Source: Bacteroidales bacterium | Lineage (GTDB): Bacteria; Bacteroidota; Bacteroidia; Bacteroidales; JAGONC01 | Length of the DNA: 52,414 nt | Reading direction: 5' to 3' | NCBI GenBank assembly: GCA_023133655.1 | Contig: JAGLWB010000066.1 | Location: 1 to 52,414, forward strand | In this document: in pieces, positions 7,583 through 17,638 of the stretch | Layout of the letters: every line of letters starts with the position of its first letter | Position numbering within the stretch: the stretch's first letter is position 1 | Position numbers and translations under genes: made by a program | The notes under the pieces: generated by a model | Database searches by the model: none | What the model was told of the DNA's origin: nothing | Seen by the model: the letters and a program-made list of their open reading frames with translations, nothing else

Positions 7583-8854
7583 CTAACAGGTTTTTAACTT
7601 TTCCCAGAGCCTGAGCGATTGTTCCTGAGTAAATCCCAGCATGTTCTGCTCATTGACAGTTTGAATAATGCCATCTTTTACAATCAGTTTGCCATTTGAT
7701 ATCACATCACGGACATGATTTGAATTTATTCCGAAAATGAAATGGCCCGGGAAGTTCTCTTTATTTATTTCGGTTGGTGAATCATAATTAAGAACCACAA
7801 GATTGTTTTCGCCATCACCTTTGAAATTGTTGGCATTAATATAATGATGAACCTTTCTAAAACGGGTGTATGCTGAAGAAAAATTAATTGTGTCGAACCC
7901 TTGTCCGACAAAATAGGCTGCTTTAGCGCTTCGAAGCATATCACTGTGCATACCATCTGTTCCAAGCATGATGTTTTCACCTACTCCTTTTGATGAAAAA
8001 TAGCCAACATTATTATTAAGGTTACTCTCTGTGTTTTGAACTACAAAGGATTTAGAAGTATTAATTAATTCACGTTCATGATCATCAATGTGCAGGCAAT
8101 GCCCAAGAATCGTTTTTGAAGAGTTCAAAACACCATATTCATGGAGCCTTTCAACAACGCGTTTGCCATAATTTCTGAGGCAATGTTTTTGATCATATTT
8201 ATCTTCTGCCACATGAATATGGATCCCTGAATTCTTTTTTTGCATCAGATCAGTGGCTTTTTTCAGGGTTTCTTCCCCAACTGTAAAGGAAGCATGCAGT
8301 CCGATAAGGCCCTGGTGGTTTTTTAAGTAGTTTTCTGTTTCCGCAAGCCCTTTTTCTGCTTTGTCCAATCCATCTCTGTCAGTGATCTCATAGCAAAGCA
8401 AATGACTAATACCAACTTTCTTAAAAGCGCCGGCAATGATTTCCAATGAACCTTCAATATTATTTGGCGATGCATGATGGTCGATAACAAAAGTAGATCC
8501 TGCTTTTGCACAAGCCATGGCAGTCGCCAGGGCGCTGGCTTCGATCATATCTTTGTCCAGTTTTTTGTCGAGTGCCCACCAGATATATTGCAGAATTTCA
8601 TAAAAGTTCGTGGGCGTTTTTTTCGGAGCAGGCATTCCTCTTGCCAGGGCAGAATAAACATGATGATGTCCGACTGCAAACGATTTGGTAACATATTTAC
8701 CCGTGCAGTCGATAATACTATCATCCGCATTGAGCCCTTCAAGGGTATTGAGGAACTTGACAGCACCATTTTCTCCTTCTTCAATCAAAAGGTTTGTTTT
8801 GATGAAGTCGAAGGTTTTCCAGTCGATGTATGTAGCGTTTTTTAGAATTATCAT
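7583..8854 (-). CDS. ssnA: SsnA-type putative aminohydrolase (amidohydrolase superfamily)
   Basis: Colinear by eye with E. coli SsnA: MIILKN.., GHHHVYSAL, IWWALDKKLD, VIDHHASP, HIHVAEDKYD, LGTDGMHSDM. 4-nt overlap with the upstream gene. Confidence 0.85.
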   Translation of the reverse strand: MIILKNATYIDWKTFDFIKTNLLIEEGENGAVKFLNTLEGLNADDSIIDCTGKYVTKSFAVGHHHVYSALARGMPAPKKTPTNFYEILQYIWWALDKKLDKDMIEASALATAMACAKAGSTFVIDHHASPNNIEGSLEIIAGAFKKVGISHLLCYEITDRDGLDKAEKGLAETENYLKNHQGLIGLHASFTVGEETLKKATDLMQKKNSGIHIHVAEDKYDQKHCLRNYGKRVVERLHEYGVLNSSKTILGHCLHIDDHERELINTSKSFVVQNTESNLNNNVGYFSSKGVGENIMLGTDGMHSDMLRSAKAAYFVGQGFDTINFSSAYTRFRKVHHYINANNFKGDGENNLVVLNYDSPTEINKENFPGHFIFGINSNHVRDVISNGKLIVKDGIIQTVNEQNMLGFTQEQSLRLWEKLKTC

Positions 8855-11406
8855 GGCGTCTTATTAATAGGTAGTTTGTTTTTTTTCACCCCATCAAAGG
8901 CAAAAAGTGCATTGGCAACAGCGGCAGCGGTGGGAACCATTCCGATTTCTCCAATTCCTTTTGCTCCGTAAGGGCCAACCGGATCTTTTTCTTCAATACC
9001 GATAACAATCACTTCCGGCATCTCTTTTGATCTTAAAATGCCGGTATCTTTTAATTTCAGGCTTTCAGGATATCCGTTCTTCATTGGAAGATTCTCGGTT
9101 AAAGCATACCCTAATCCCATGCAAACAGCACCTTGTATCTGTCCTTCAAACAGCATGGAATTCATGATCTTCCCTGCATCATGAGCCGCATAAATTTTTT
9201 CAATTTTCCCGTCTTTATCTAAAGTAACAAGCTGTGAGGCATAGCCATAGGCAAAATGAATAATGGGGTTATTGACCTCATCATCAGGCTTACATGTCCA
9301 GTCACACACGTATTTACCTTTATACGTTCTTCCTTTTAATTGCGACAGTGTGCCTTTTGCCAGGTCCTCTTTCAGGGCTTTTGCAGCATTGATAATGGCA
9401 TTTCCAACCAATGCGGTTGCACGCGAAGAGGTTGTCATTCCTGTTGGCAATCCGGAATCTGTTTCTACTTTCACCTCCATTATTGCCGGGTCAATACCTG
9501 TTTCTTCATGTAGTGTTTGAACAGCCATAGTATGAACACCCTGACCCATTTCCGTCCAGCCATGATGGATGATGACCTTTTCTTTCGATGCAATGTGTAT
9601 TTTTACTTCGCTATCATCGATCATTCCATTGCCCACACCGGTATTTTTTATTCCGCAAGCCAATCCGGCATATTTTGCTTTGTAGAAGGGTTCTTTAAGG
9701 GCAAGCAGCGTTTTTTTAAGTCCAACCCCTTTTAGAATTTGGCCGGTCGCAGTTTTTGAACCATCTTCAAGTACATTATTAAAGCGAATTAACCACCTGT
9801 CGAATCCTCCCTTTTTACAAAGGTCATCGATGCAACCTTCCAGGGCAAAAACAACCTGTGGAACCCCAAATCCTCTCATGGCACCTGAAGGTATGTTGTT
9901 GGTATAAACGGTTTTAACACTTATATCAACAGCTGGAACCGTGTACCCTCCTGTTGCATGGCCCACAACTCTTTCCATCACCTTTGTTCCGACAGAAGCA
10001 TAAGCCCCGGTATCCCCAATTGCTTTAAGTTTTACTGCAGTGAATTTCCCGTTTTTATCACATGCGAGCGTCATATCCGTCCATACAGGATGGCGTTTTG
10101 GATGCATCCTAATAGATTCTTCCCTGGTGAGGTGTACTTTTACAGGCAACCCAAGCAAGTAGGCAAAAAGAGCAGCATGTCCCTGAACGGTTATGTCTTC
10201 TTTACCTCCAAAGCCACCTCCATTTTGCACCTGCACCACTTTTACTTTTTCTTCATTCAGATCAAGGATTTTTGCAACCATTCGCCTGTCAACATAAATC
10301 CCCTGCCCCTGGCTATAAAGCCTAAGACCGTCATCTTCAGGAAGAGCAATGGCAGTTTCCGTTTCAAGAAAAGCATGTTCGATTCGCTGGGTTTCATAGA
10401 TGCCGTTTGAGATAAATGCTGCCTGTTCAAATGCTTTATCTACATTCCCATATTGAATGGCACATGTTTCTAAAACATTCGACTGGCCCCGGTGAACCTG
10501 AACAGTGTTTGGATTAATAGCATCATGCATATCAGTAACAGGTTCTAATATTTCGTATTCCACTGTTATTAAACTTACTGCTTTGCGGGCTATCTCTTCT
10601 GTTTCTGCCACAACGCCTGCCAGTACATCCCCAATGTAGTTTGTAACATCCCCTTCGTCAACCATCAAAGGCCAATCATGGAATATCAGGCCGGTATATC
10701 TTTTTCCCGGAATATCATTGGATGTGAATATCCTGATAACTCCTTCAAGTTGCATCGCATAAGAGGTGTCGATCCTGATTATTTTGGCCCGGGGATGATC
10801 ACTGAATTTTAAGGCTCCATAAACCATTCCTTCAAAAGAAATATCATTTACAAAATCACGTTCTCCAAAGGTGGTTTTAAGTGCCTGGTATTTAGGATAA
10901 GGCTTGCCAATGCGGGCAGATTTTTCTGCCGGTAATCCTGTTACCTCCCCGTTAAGTTTTTTAAAAGCTGCTTCAATGGCGTCAATGATCTTAACATACC
11001 CGGTACACCGGCACAAGTTCGGAGAGATAGCTTTTGTGATCTCATGCCGCGAAGGAGATGGGTTAATATTATACAGTCCTTTGGCTCTCATAAGAATGCC
11101 TGGGGAGCAGAAACCACATTGTACCGCTCCTTTTTCTACAAATGCTTCACCGATAATTTTTTTGAAGTCTACGGGTAATCCTTCTGTTGTGTTTATGTGA
11201 GCATTATCCAGGTTTTTCATTTTCGTGGTGCAGGCAAGTCTCGCTTTTCCATTGATCTCTACTGTACAGGCCCCACAGACGCCCTGCCCGGAGCATCCGT
11301 CTTTAACAGATGTTATATTTAAATCAAGCCTCAGGTGATTTAATAGCGATTTTCCAGGATCACCTGAGAAAGTCATTTTTATACCGTTCAGGAAGTATGT
11401 GATCAT
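8851..11406 (-). CDS. xdhD: xanthine dehydrogenase-family molybdenum hydroxylase with fused N-terminal [2Fe-2S] domains (selenium-dependent molybdenum hydroxylase type)
   Basis: N-terminal CSGQGVCGACTV, CGFCSPG and CRCTGY iron-sulfur motifs. Followed by aldehyde oxidase/XDH a/b-hammerhead and MoCo-binding regions (GGGFGGKE). Context matches ssnA/ygfK/mocA. Confidence 0.8.
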   Translation of the reverse strand: MITYFLNGIKMTFSGDPGKSLLNHLRLDLNITSVKDGCSGQGVCGACTVEINGKARLACTTKMKNLDNAHINTTEGLPVDFKKIIGEAFVEKGAVQCGFCSPGILMRAKGLYNINPSPSRHEITKAISPNLCRCTGYVKIIDAIEAAFKKLNGEVTGLPAEKSARIGKPYPKYQALKTTFGERDFVNDISFEGMVYGALKFSDHPRAKIIRIDTSYAMQLEGVIRIFTSNDIPGKRYTGLIFHDWPLMVDEGDVTNYIGDVLAGVVAETEEIARKAVSLITVEYEILEPVTDMHDAINPNTVQVHRGQSNVLETCAIQYGNVDKAFEQAAFISNGIYETQRIEHAFLETETAIALPEDDGLRLYSQGQGIYVDRRMVAKILDLNEEKVKVVQVQNGGGFGGKEDITVQGHAALFAYLLGLPVKVHLTREESIRMHPKRHPVWTDMTLACDKNGKFTAVKLKAIGDTGAYASVGTKVMERVVGHATGGYTVPAVDISVKTVYTNNIPSGAMRGFGVPQVVFALEGCIDDLCKKGGFDRWLIRFNNVLEDGSKTATGQILKGVGLKKTLLALKEPFYKAKYAGLACGIKNTGVGNGMIDDSEVKIHIASKEKVIIHHGWTEMGQGVHTMAVQTLHEETGIDPAIMEVKVETDSGLPTGMTTSSRATALVGNAIINAAKALKEDLAKGTLSQLKGRTYKGKYVCDWTCKPDDEVNNPIIHFAYGYASQLVTLDKDGKIEKIYAAHDAGKIMNSMLFEGQIQGAVCMGLGYALTENLPMKNGYPESLKLKDTGILRSKEMPEVIVIGIEEKDPVGPYGAKGIGEIGMVPTAAAVANALFAFDGVKKNKLPINKTP

Positions 11407-12695
11407 TGCATTATTTTTTTTAACTCCTCGATTGACGGCTTAATGGATTTAGGTATTTCCATTCGTGTGTTGACAGCTTTGAGGTCTTTTAATCCGCTAC
11501 CGGTTATCAGCACAACGTTATCAGAGTCGTCGGGTAATTTATTGCTGTTGTGATAAGATAGAAATCCGGCAAAAGCAGCAGCAGCAGCAGGCTCCGCAAA
11601 TAAACCTGTATTCCTTGCTAAAATAGCTGAAGCCATCAATATTTCATCATCAGATACTGTTAAAGATTCCCCATTGTACGTTTGAAGGAACTGTTGCGTC
11701 ATGTAAAAATTCCGTGGGATATCCACTGAAATAGAATCAGCAATGGTGGCACTGGGTTCGATATGAAAAAGTTTGTTTTGAAGGTTCCTAACCAGATTAT
11801 CACTGCCTTTTGACTGAACAGCAACAATAGTTGGCATTTTTTCTATGATGTTTAGCATAAGTAAATCTTCATAACCCTTGTAAAGGCCCGATATGATAAC
11901 ACCATCGCCAACAGGGACAAAAATTTTGTCAGGAATAGTAAAATTCAGTTGCTCATAAAGTTCGAACGCGACTGTTTTTTTCCCTTCAATGGTAAGTGGA
12001 TTGAAGGCGGTATTCCTGTTATACCAGCCAAATTCTTCGGTTGCTTTAATACTCAAGTCATATGCATCATCGTATGTCCCTTTTACCGTAACAATAGTAG
12101 CTCCATACATAATGATTTGGGTCAGCTTGGCAAGGGGCGCTGTTTCCGGAACTATTATGATAGCTTTTTGTCCTTGTGAGGCACAAATACCTGCCAGGGA
12201 AGAGCCGGCATTGCCCGTGGAAGCAGTAATGATAGTATCAAATCCTTTTTCTTTTGCATAGGCCGAAACCACAGCTGAGGCTCTGTCTTTTAATGAGGAG
12301 GTTGGATTTTGCGTGTCGTCTTTCAGGAAAAGTTGAAACGTCAGTTTTGTATTGTCTAATTTGTCTATTGAATACAAAGGTGTGTTCCCAATACGAAGGT
12401 TTGGGAGGCTTTCCATATTTTTTATTGGTAGCAGGTCAACAAATCGATCTTTTATTTGCTGATATATTTTCCAGATGTTTGCGGGTTTTTTCCATAAACT
12501 AACAGGTTTTGAAGGAGCTGCAAGGTTTAAATTTTTGTAATCATAAATTGTTTTCAAAACACCTTTTGGTGGCTCTGATGGTTGATTTGATTTTGTACAC
12601 TGAGGACAGAGGTACAAAGCTTCGTGCTCATCGAATTGCTTCCCGCAATTAACGCATTGATAAACGAAACCGGTATTTCTTTTTTTATTTTTCAT
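11403..12695 (-). CDS. threonine-synthase-like fold-type-II PLP enzyme with an N-terminal zinc ribbon
   Basis: CVNCG..x..CPQC ribbon. GNTPLY...LKDDTQNPTSSLKDRAS (PLP-Lys motif). STGNAGSSLA. 4-nt overlap with the downstream xdhD-like gene. Confidence 0.7.
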   Translation of the reverse strand: MKNKKRNTGFVYQCVNCGKQFDEHEALYLCPQCTKSNQPSEPPKGVLKTIYDYKNLNLAAPSKPVSLWKKPANIWKIYQQIKDRFVDLLPIKNMESLPNLRIGNTPLYSIDKLDNTKLTFQLFLKDDTQNPTSSLKDRASAVVSAYAKEKGFDTIITASTGNAGSSLAGICASQGQKAIIIVPETAPLAKLTQIIMYGATIVTVKGTYDDAYDLSIKATEEFGWYNRNTAFNPLTIEGKKTVAFELYEQLNFTIPDKIFVPVGDGVIISGLYKGYEDLLMLNIIEKMPTIVAVQSKGSDNLVRNLQNKLFHIEPSATIADSISVDIPRNFYMTQQFLQTYNGESLTVSDDEILMASAILARNTGLFAEPAAAAAFAGFLSYHNSNKLPDDSDNVVLITGSGLKDLKAVNTRMEIPKSIKPSIEELKKIMQ

Positions 12696-12732
12696 ACTCC
12701 AAACATTCTTTAAACGCCCGTAGCGTTAAGAT

Positions 12733-14202
12733 TTATAGATACTCCTTCAAAACCCCGGTCCTTTCATTAAACTCCATGATCTGTTCATCCCACTCTTCCA
12801 CTTTGGCATAGCGCGATTTCCAGTAATTATCATCATACCATTGCGCATTCAGTTCTTCTACGGATCTTCCTTGCTGCTCTATCCATGTAAAGTATTTGAG
12901 GTTGTGCATACGCTTTTTCTCGTAATAATTCATTTCAATGATATGGTCAATGGTTATCCCTTTTAAATCAGCCTCAAAGCTAATGGCAGCTGCTTTATTG
13001 TCAAACTCCCCATGTTTTTCTTTTTCCTCTGCCAGTCTTGTCTGATACAGTTCCATCGAGTCTGTAGCAACGGTTAAGATTACATCATGCTCGTTCATTT
13101 CATAATATTTTGCCAGTTTAATTGATCCCATTAAATTTGCAATGGACGAAATTCCCAATAATTCCAAATCATCAACCAGGGTGGGGTTGATATTAATTTC
13201 ATTTTTAAGAAATGATTTTCCATTTTCTTCATTGAATAATTGCATGATGCGCATGTTCGGCGTATCGTCGATTCCTGCAACAAGATCCATGTTTTTTACG
13301 TTATGTATCCAGGGAACATGTTTGTCGCCAATTCCTTCGATACGGTGCTCACCAAACCCATTCAGTAACAGTGTAGGGCATTGAAGTGCTTCACCCGCAC
13401 ACACCTTAATGTTTGGATATATTTCTCTTAGAAAATCAGTGCTTCCCAAAGTGCCTGCTGAACCTTGTGTTAGAAAGACACCGCTGAATCTGTCATTTTT
13501 ATTTTTTAGCGAATTGAAAACTTCTTCCATTGCCGGGCCGGTCACTGCATAATGCCAAAGGGGATTGCCAATTTCATCAAACTGGTTTAGGTTTACAATC
13601 TCATCTCCTCTTTCCGCAAGCAGGAGTTTCACTTTGTCATAGATCTCTTTTACATTACTTTCGCAACCAGGGGTTGCAAAGACCTCTGCGCCCACCTTGT
13701 GTAGCCAATCGAATCTTTCCTGCGACATTCCTTCCGGAAGAACAGCAACAGAATCACAGTCCAGCAAATAGGAATCATAAGCTCCACCACGGCAATAATT
13801 TCCTGTTGACGGCCAGAGGGCTTTTTGTCTGGTTGGGTCAAACCGGCCTGTGATTAATTTTTCAACAAGGGGCCCAAATGTGGCACCTACCTTATGAGAG
13901 CCGGTAGGGAAAAATTTACCAACCAGCATAATAATCCTTGCTTTAACTCCTGTTAACTCAGTGGGTAATTCGAGGTAATTTACATCTCCAAACCCACCTC
14001 CAAATGCCACTGGTTCATTTTTCCAGGTAATACGAAACATGTTTAATGAGTTCAAATCCCATAAGCCTATACTTTTAAGCTTCTCCTTAATTTTTTCAGG
14101 GATAAGACCCGGATCTCTCATTTGTTTGTATGTAGGAAGGATAATGTGTCTGTCCCTGCATCTTTTTATCGTATTTTCTAATACTTTTTCTCTGTTATTC
14201 AT
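12733..14202 (-). CDS. TrpB-like fold-type-II PLP-dependent enzyme of unknown specificity
   Basis: FPTGSHKVGA (candidate PLP-lysine, TrpB/TrpB2-like HTGSHK pattern). WPSTGNYCRGGA. Gly-rich TQGSAGTLG loop. 4-nt overlap with ygfK. Confidence 0.6.
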   Translation of the reverse strand: MNNREKVLENTIKRCRDRHIILPTYKQMRDPGLIPEKIKEKLKSIGLWDLNSLNMFRITWKNEPVAFGGGFGDVNYLELPTELTGVKARIIMLVGKFFPTGSHKVGATFGPLVEKLITGRFDPTRQKALWPSTGNYCRGGAYDSYLLDCDSVAVLPEGMSQERFDWLHKVGAEVFATPGCESNVKEIYDKVKLLLAERGDEIVNLNQFDEIGNPLWHYAVTGPAMEEVFNSLKNKNDRFSGVFLTQGSAGTLGSTDFLREIYPNIKVCAGEALQCPTLLLNGFGEHRIEGIGDKHVPWIHNVKNMDLVAGIDDTPNMRIMQLFNEENGKSFLKNEININPTLVDDLELLGISSIANLMGSIKLAKYYEMNEHDVILTVATDSMELYQTRLAEEKEKHGEFDNKAAAISFEADLKGITIDHIIEMNYYEKKRMHNLKYFTWIEQQGRSVEELNAQWYDDNYWKSRYAKVEEWDEQIMEFNERTGVLKEYL

Positions 14203-17200
14203 GTCGTTAAATGTTTAAAAAATGATTTTGCACCCTGCAAAATAATACTCATCTCTGCAGCATTCTGTAAACTTATTCCTTTGGAGTTTTTTTCTGTGTT
14301 TTCAAAATCAATTATCCTTAAGGTCGATTGGTCAAGTATAACCAGGAAGCCATTGGCTTTGTAACTAAGCATTTTATTATTCAAAGTAAGCATTGATTTT
14401 TTCTCTTTGCTTTTTTGGTATAAAATTAATTCATCTTCTTTGTTTTCCAGATAATACCCTTCATCATCAGCATTGTATGCATCTTTGCTGAGGTACAAAT
14501 GCGGTTTGTCCTTATAAGGGGAGCCGGAAGAAGGGCAAAAAGTGGAACAATTACCACATTCGTTACACCAATCAGCAATGTGGAGAATTTGATATTTCTG
14601 GTTGATCTCAAAGGAATTATCCTCAATAATTACATACTTTCCACCCTTATTAATGATTTTCTGTAGCTTGTAGTTGACCGGGGCAGTATCATATGAATGA
14701 AAAGCGAGGTTTGGGCAAACAGTAGTACAAATATTACAAACCTCGTCGCAAAACAGACATCTTGATGCCTCTTTTATCGCTTCTTCCTCGGTTAAAGTGG
14801 ATGAAACAAGCTTGAAATTTTTGCGATTAAGGAGCGATGTCTCATTAATGTTAACAGGGTTTACCTTTTTTGCTCTGGCTACCATGTGGTTACTCAAGGT
14901 GAGGTGAGGCCTGTTATTTTTCAGTGCCGGATCAAATTTCATTCCAGCTTTGTTAATGATCTCCTGAGCCGCCTTTCTACCATCGCCAATAGCATTTATG
15001 GCTGTTGAGGCACCTCGCATGGCATCGCCTCCAATGAACACTCCGGGTATTTGTGTTTCATAAAAGCCTGATTTTGTTTTTAGCAGACTGACATCTATGA
15101 AATCAATAGCAAGATCCTGACCAATAGCCGGGATTACTGTATCGAGATTAAGATTAAATTCAGAGTCAGGGATCATCACGGGACTGGGCCTTCCACTATT
15201 GTCCTTTTCGCCAAGTTTCATCCTGCAACATGAAAGGGAGATAGCTTTACCATTCTTTGTGTTGACCCTAAGGGGAGCCGTTAATTCAATGATATCAATC
15301 CCCTCTTCCATCACCGCTTTTATTTCTCCTGTATCTGCCGGCATTTGTTTGATGGTCCTTCTGTAAATAATAGTTACTTTGCCTTGTTCTCCAACAAGCC
15401 GGTAAGCGGTCCGGGCTGCATCCATAGCTGTATTTCCTCCCCCGATTATTACAACATGAGTCCCCAGCCCTGTAGGTTTTTTTTCTTTCACATTGAACAG
15501 GAAATCAAGCGGATCAAGAACACGCCTGGCTTCTATACCTTTTATGTGAAGCTTAGATGATTGTTGTGCGCCTGTGGCAATATATACAAAATCATTATCC
15601 CTGCTCAGCTGCCCGAAAGCTATCTTATCAATGGTTTTTCTATAGTGAATATTAACCCCTGATTTTTTGATTGTTTCGATATCAAGGTCAATGGCTTCAT
15701 CGGTAAGCCGGAAAGACGGAATTGCAGCTGATACCATTCCACCGGGTTTGGGGTTTGTTTCATAGATGTTTACCTCCAACCCTGCCAATGCCAGGAAATA
15801 GGCACAGGATAATCCGGATGGACCAGCTCCGACAATTGCAGCCTTTAATCCGGCACTGATTTTTTTGTCTGTTTTTTCATGAATGGTCTGGCCTGTTTCG
15901 GCAATAAAACGTTTAATTTCCCTTATCAAAACAGGACTGTCGAAATTGACACGTGTACATTTAGTCTGGCAAAGATGATCACAAATCATTCCGGTTGTAT
16001 GGGGAAAGGGATTTGTATGCATGATCACTTTAAAAGCTGAATTAAAATCTCCTTTTGCCGTGAAGTGCATGTAATCAGGGATGTTTTGGTTGGTAGGACA
16101 TGTGTCAACACAGGGTGCATGGATGCAGTCAAAATAATTTAATGGCCTGCTGGTCTTGATATCCGGTTCATGGATAGCAGTTTTCTTGTACCTTTTGTTT
16201 TTTAAAGTCTGGCTTGAATAATGTTTTAGGTTGTTTAAAGAGCCGGTCCTGACATTTGAATCTTTCATTTCGCTTTTCATTATGATCAATTCATCGATGG
16301 AGGTTGCTTCATAGTTGGAAAAGGCAGACTTCAGCTCTTCAACATATTGAAAAAGCCTGCCATAACCTCCCGGCTTCAACAGGTCAGAACAAACAGTCAC
16401 AGGATAAAGCCCACAACTAATGACATCACTCAGATTAAATGCATCCACTCCGGCAGAAAATGTAATATCCAGTTCACCGTTGAAATCATTTTGAAGCATG
16501 TCGGCAAGGTTAACTGAAATAGGATGAAGTGCCCGGCCACTCATGTACATCATCTTTTCATTTGATGGAAAGATATTATTATGGTTCAGGCTCTCCAGCG
16601 TATTGGTAAGTTTCAGGCTGAATTGCAGGTTGTTCTCATTTGCCTTTAATTGCAGGTTGTGGATAATATTAACTGCATCTTCGTATTTAAGGTCATGTTC
16701 AAAAGCAGCATCAGGCACACGTGTTTCAAAACCCGATTTGCTTAATATACTATGTAACTTTTCTTTGCCAATGAGTGTTGGATTAAGCTTAATGGCTGTA
16801 TGAAGTTTTTTTTCTTCCAGCAAGTATTCCCCGATTTTTTCTATTTCATCAGAAGGGCAGCCGTGCATGGTTGATAGGGTAACATTATTTGAAATGCAAG
16901 GATTTATCTCCAGATTGACAACATCAGGGTAAATATCAGTTATGCTCTCAATTTTTTGAATTAATTCTTGTGATGAATTATTCATCTTTTCCAGGAACCA
17001 TTGCACATTCTCCTTTAAGATCCCGGCATAGTCATAACCCACGCTCATATTAAAGATTATTCCGGGGTCTTTTTCATCACCCCAATTGAATTTATCTTTC
17101 AGAATATGAATGATAATCCAGGCATTTAGGTACTGGTCAAATGATTGTTTGATCTTCAATTCCTGCGACCATTCACAGTTATAGCCTTCATCTCCCATAT

Positions 17201-17501
17201 TGATGCAAGGCTTGGACACGTTCAATTCATCGAGTGTTTGAATTGTTTTTAATTCAATAAACCGGGCACCTGTTAACCATGCAGCAACAATATTTTGTGT
17301 AAGCTGTGTGTGTGGCCCGGCAGCAACACCAAATGGCGTCTCTAATAATTGATCGAAACGTTTTGAACGAAAAGGGTCGCTGTGATCCGGGTGAAAAAAC
17401 AGAGCATGCGGGATGCCAAACAGGCTCTCTCCATTATCGAGTTGCCTGAAAATAATTTGCAGTAATTTTTTGAGAGGTATTATTGAGAAATTATCTGTCA
17501 T
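14199..17501 (-). CDS. ygfK: YgfK-type multidomain Fe-S flavoprotein (DPD/DHOD-like TIM barrel, GltD-like FAD/NAD(P) oxidoreductase and C-terminal ferredoxin)
   Basis: 1100 aa. CxxCxxC-type clusters (CVDTCPTNQ; CDHLCQTKC; CDEVCNICTTVCP; CNECGNCSTFCP). Dinucleotide folds VGAGPSGLSCA and IIGGGNTAMDAAR. First gene of the operon. Confidence 0.85.
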   Translation of the reverse strand: MTDNFSIIPLKKLLQIIFRQLDNGESLFGIPHALFFHPDHSDPFRSKRFDQLLETPFGVAAGPHTQLTQNIVAAWLTGARFIELKTIQTLDELNVSKPCINMGDEGYNCEWSQELKIKQSFDQYLNAWIIIHILKDKFNWGDEKDPGIIFNMSVGYDYAGILKENVQWFLEKMNNSSQELIQKIESITDIYPDVVNLEINPCISNNVTLSTMHGCPSDEIEKIGEYLLEEKKLHTAIKLNPTLIGKEKLHSILSKSGFETRVPDAAFEHDLKYEDAVNIIHNLQLKANENNLQFSLKLTNTLESLNHNNIFPSNEKMMYMSGRALHPISVNLADMLQNDFNGELDITFSAGVDAFNLSDVISCGLYPVTVCSDLLKPGGYGRLFQYVEELKSAFSNYEATSIDELIIMKSEMKDSNVRTGSLNNLKHYSSQTLKNKRYKKTAIHEPDIKTSRPLNYFDCIHAPCVDTCPTNQNIPDYMHFTAKGDFNSAFKVIMHTNPFPHTTGMICDHLCQTKCTRVNFDSPVLIREIKRFIAETGQTIHEKTDKKISAGLKAAIVGAGPSGLSCAYFLALAGLEVNIYETNPKPGGMVSAAIPSFRLTDEAIDLDIETIKKSGVNIHYRKTIDKIAFGQLSRDNDFVYIATGAQQSSKLHIKGIEARRVLDPLDFLFNVKEKKPTGLGTHVVIIGGGNTAMDAARTAYRLVGEQGKVTIIYRRTIKQMPADTGEIKAVMEEGIDIIELTAPLRVNTKNGKAISLSCCRMKLGEKDNSGRPSPVMIPDSEFNLNLDTVIPAIGQDLAIDFIDVSLLKTKSGFYETQIPGVFIGGDAMRGASTAINAIGDGRKAAQEIINKAGMKFDPALKNNRPHLTLSNHMVARAKKVNPVNINETSLLNRKNFKLVSSTLTEEEAIKEASRCLFCDEVCNICTTVCPNLAFHSYDTAPVNYKLQKIINKGGKYVIIEDNSFEINQKYQILHIADWCNECGNCSTFCPSSGSPYKDKPHLYLSKDAYNADDEGYYLENKEDELILYQKSKEKKSMLTLNNKMLSYKANGFLVILDQSTLRIIDFENTEKNSKGISLQNAAEMSIILQGAKSFFKHLTT

Positions 17502-17535
17502 ACAATATTGATATGATGGCTTTCAATAGATTGAA

Positions 17536-17543
17536 CAAATTTA
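17536..17543 (-). promoter_or_regulatory. candidate Bacteroidota -7 box (TAAATTTG) for the ygfK operon
   Basis: Matches TAnnTTTG on the minus strand, ~35 nt upstream of the ygfK ATG. Confidence 0.35.
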
Positions 17544-17638
17544 ATAAAAAAGAGTATTCCTGGCTGAAAGTTGCCAGTTACATGTGAAATCTTTACCACC
17601 CGAAAGTTTGTTATTATTCCTGTTACTTTTGCAGAGTG

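Noticed and set aside
8323-8867. Cluster of 60-123-aa ORFs on both strands inside ssnA, with similar ones inside xdhD, ygfK, thrC-like, ptrB, rng, S8, cyt b and the octaheme gene
   Set aside because: All lie antisense to, or out of frame within, long ORFs with strong family motifs. They have skewed composition and no independent support.
14199-17501. Calling YgfK a selenate reductase subunit
   Set aside because: That database label is historical and rests on indirect genetics. The domain content (DPD-like barrel, GltD-like flavoprotein, ferredoxin) and the context fit a reductase acting on a heterocycle, so I kept a neutral call.
6188-17501. Selenocysteine recoding within the selenium-linked operon
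   Set aside because: All six ORFs are uninterrupted without needing an in-frame TGA, and no SECIS-like context was needed to explain them. The selenium link in this enzyme class is a labile cofactor, not Sec.
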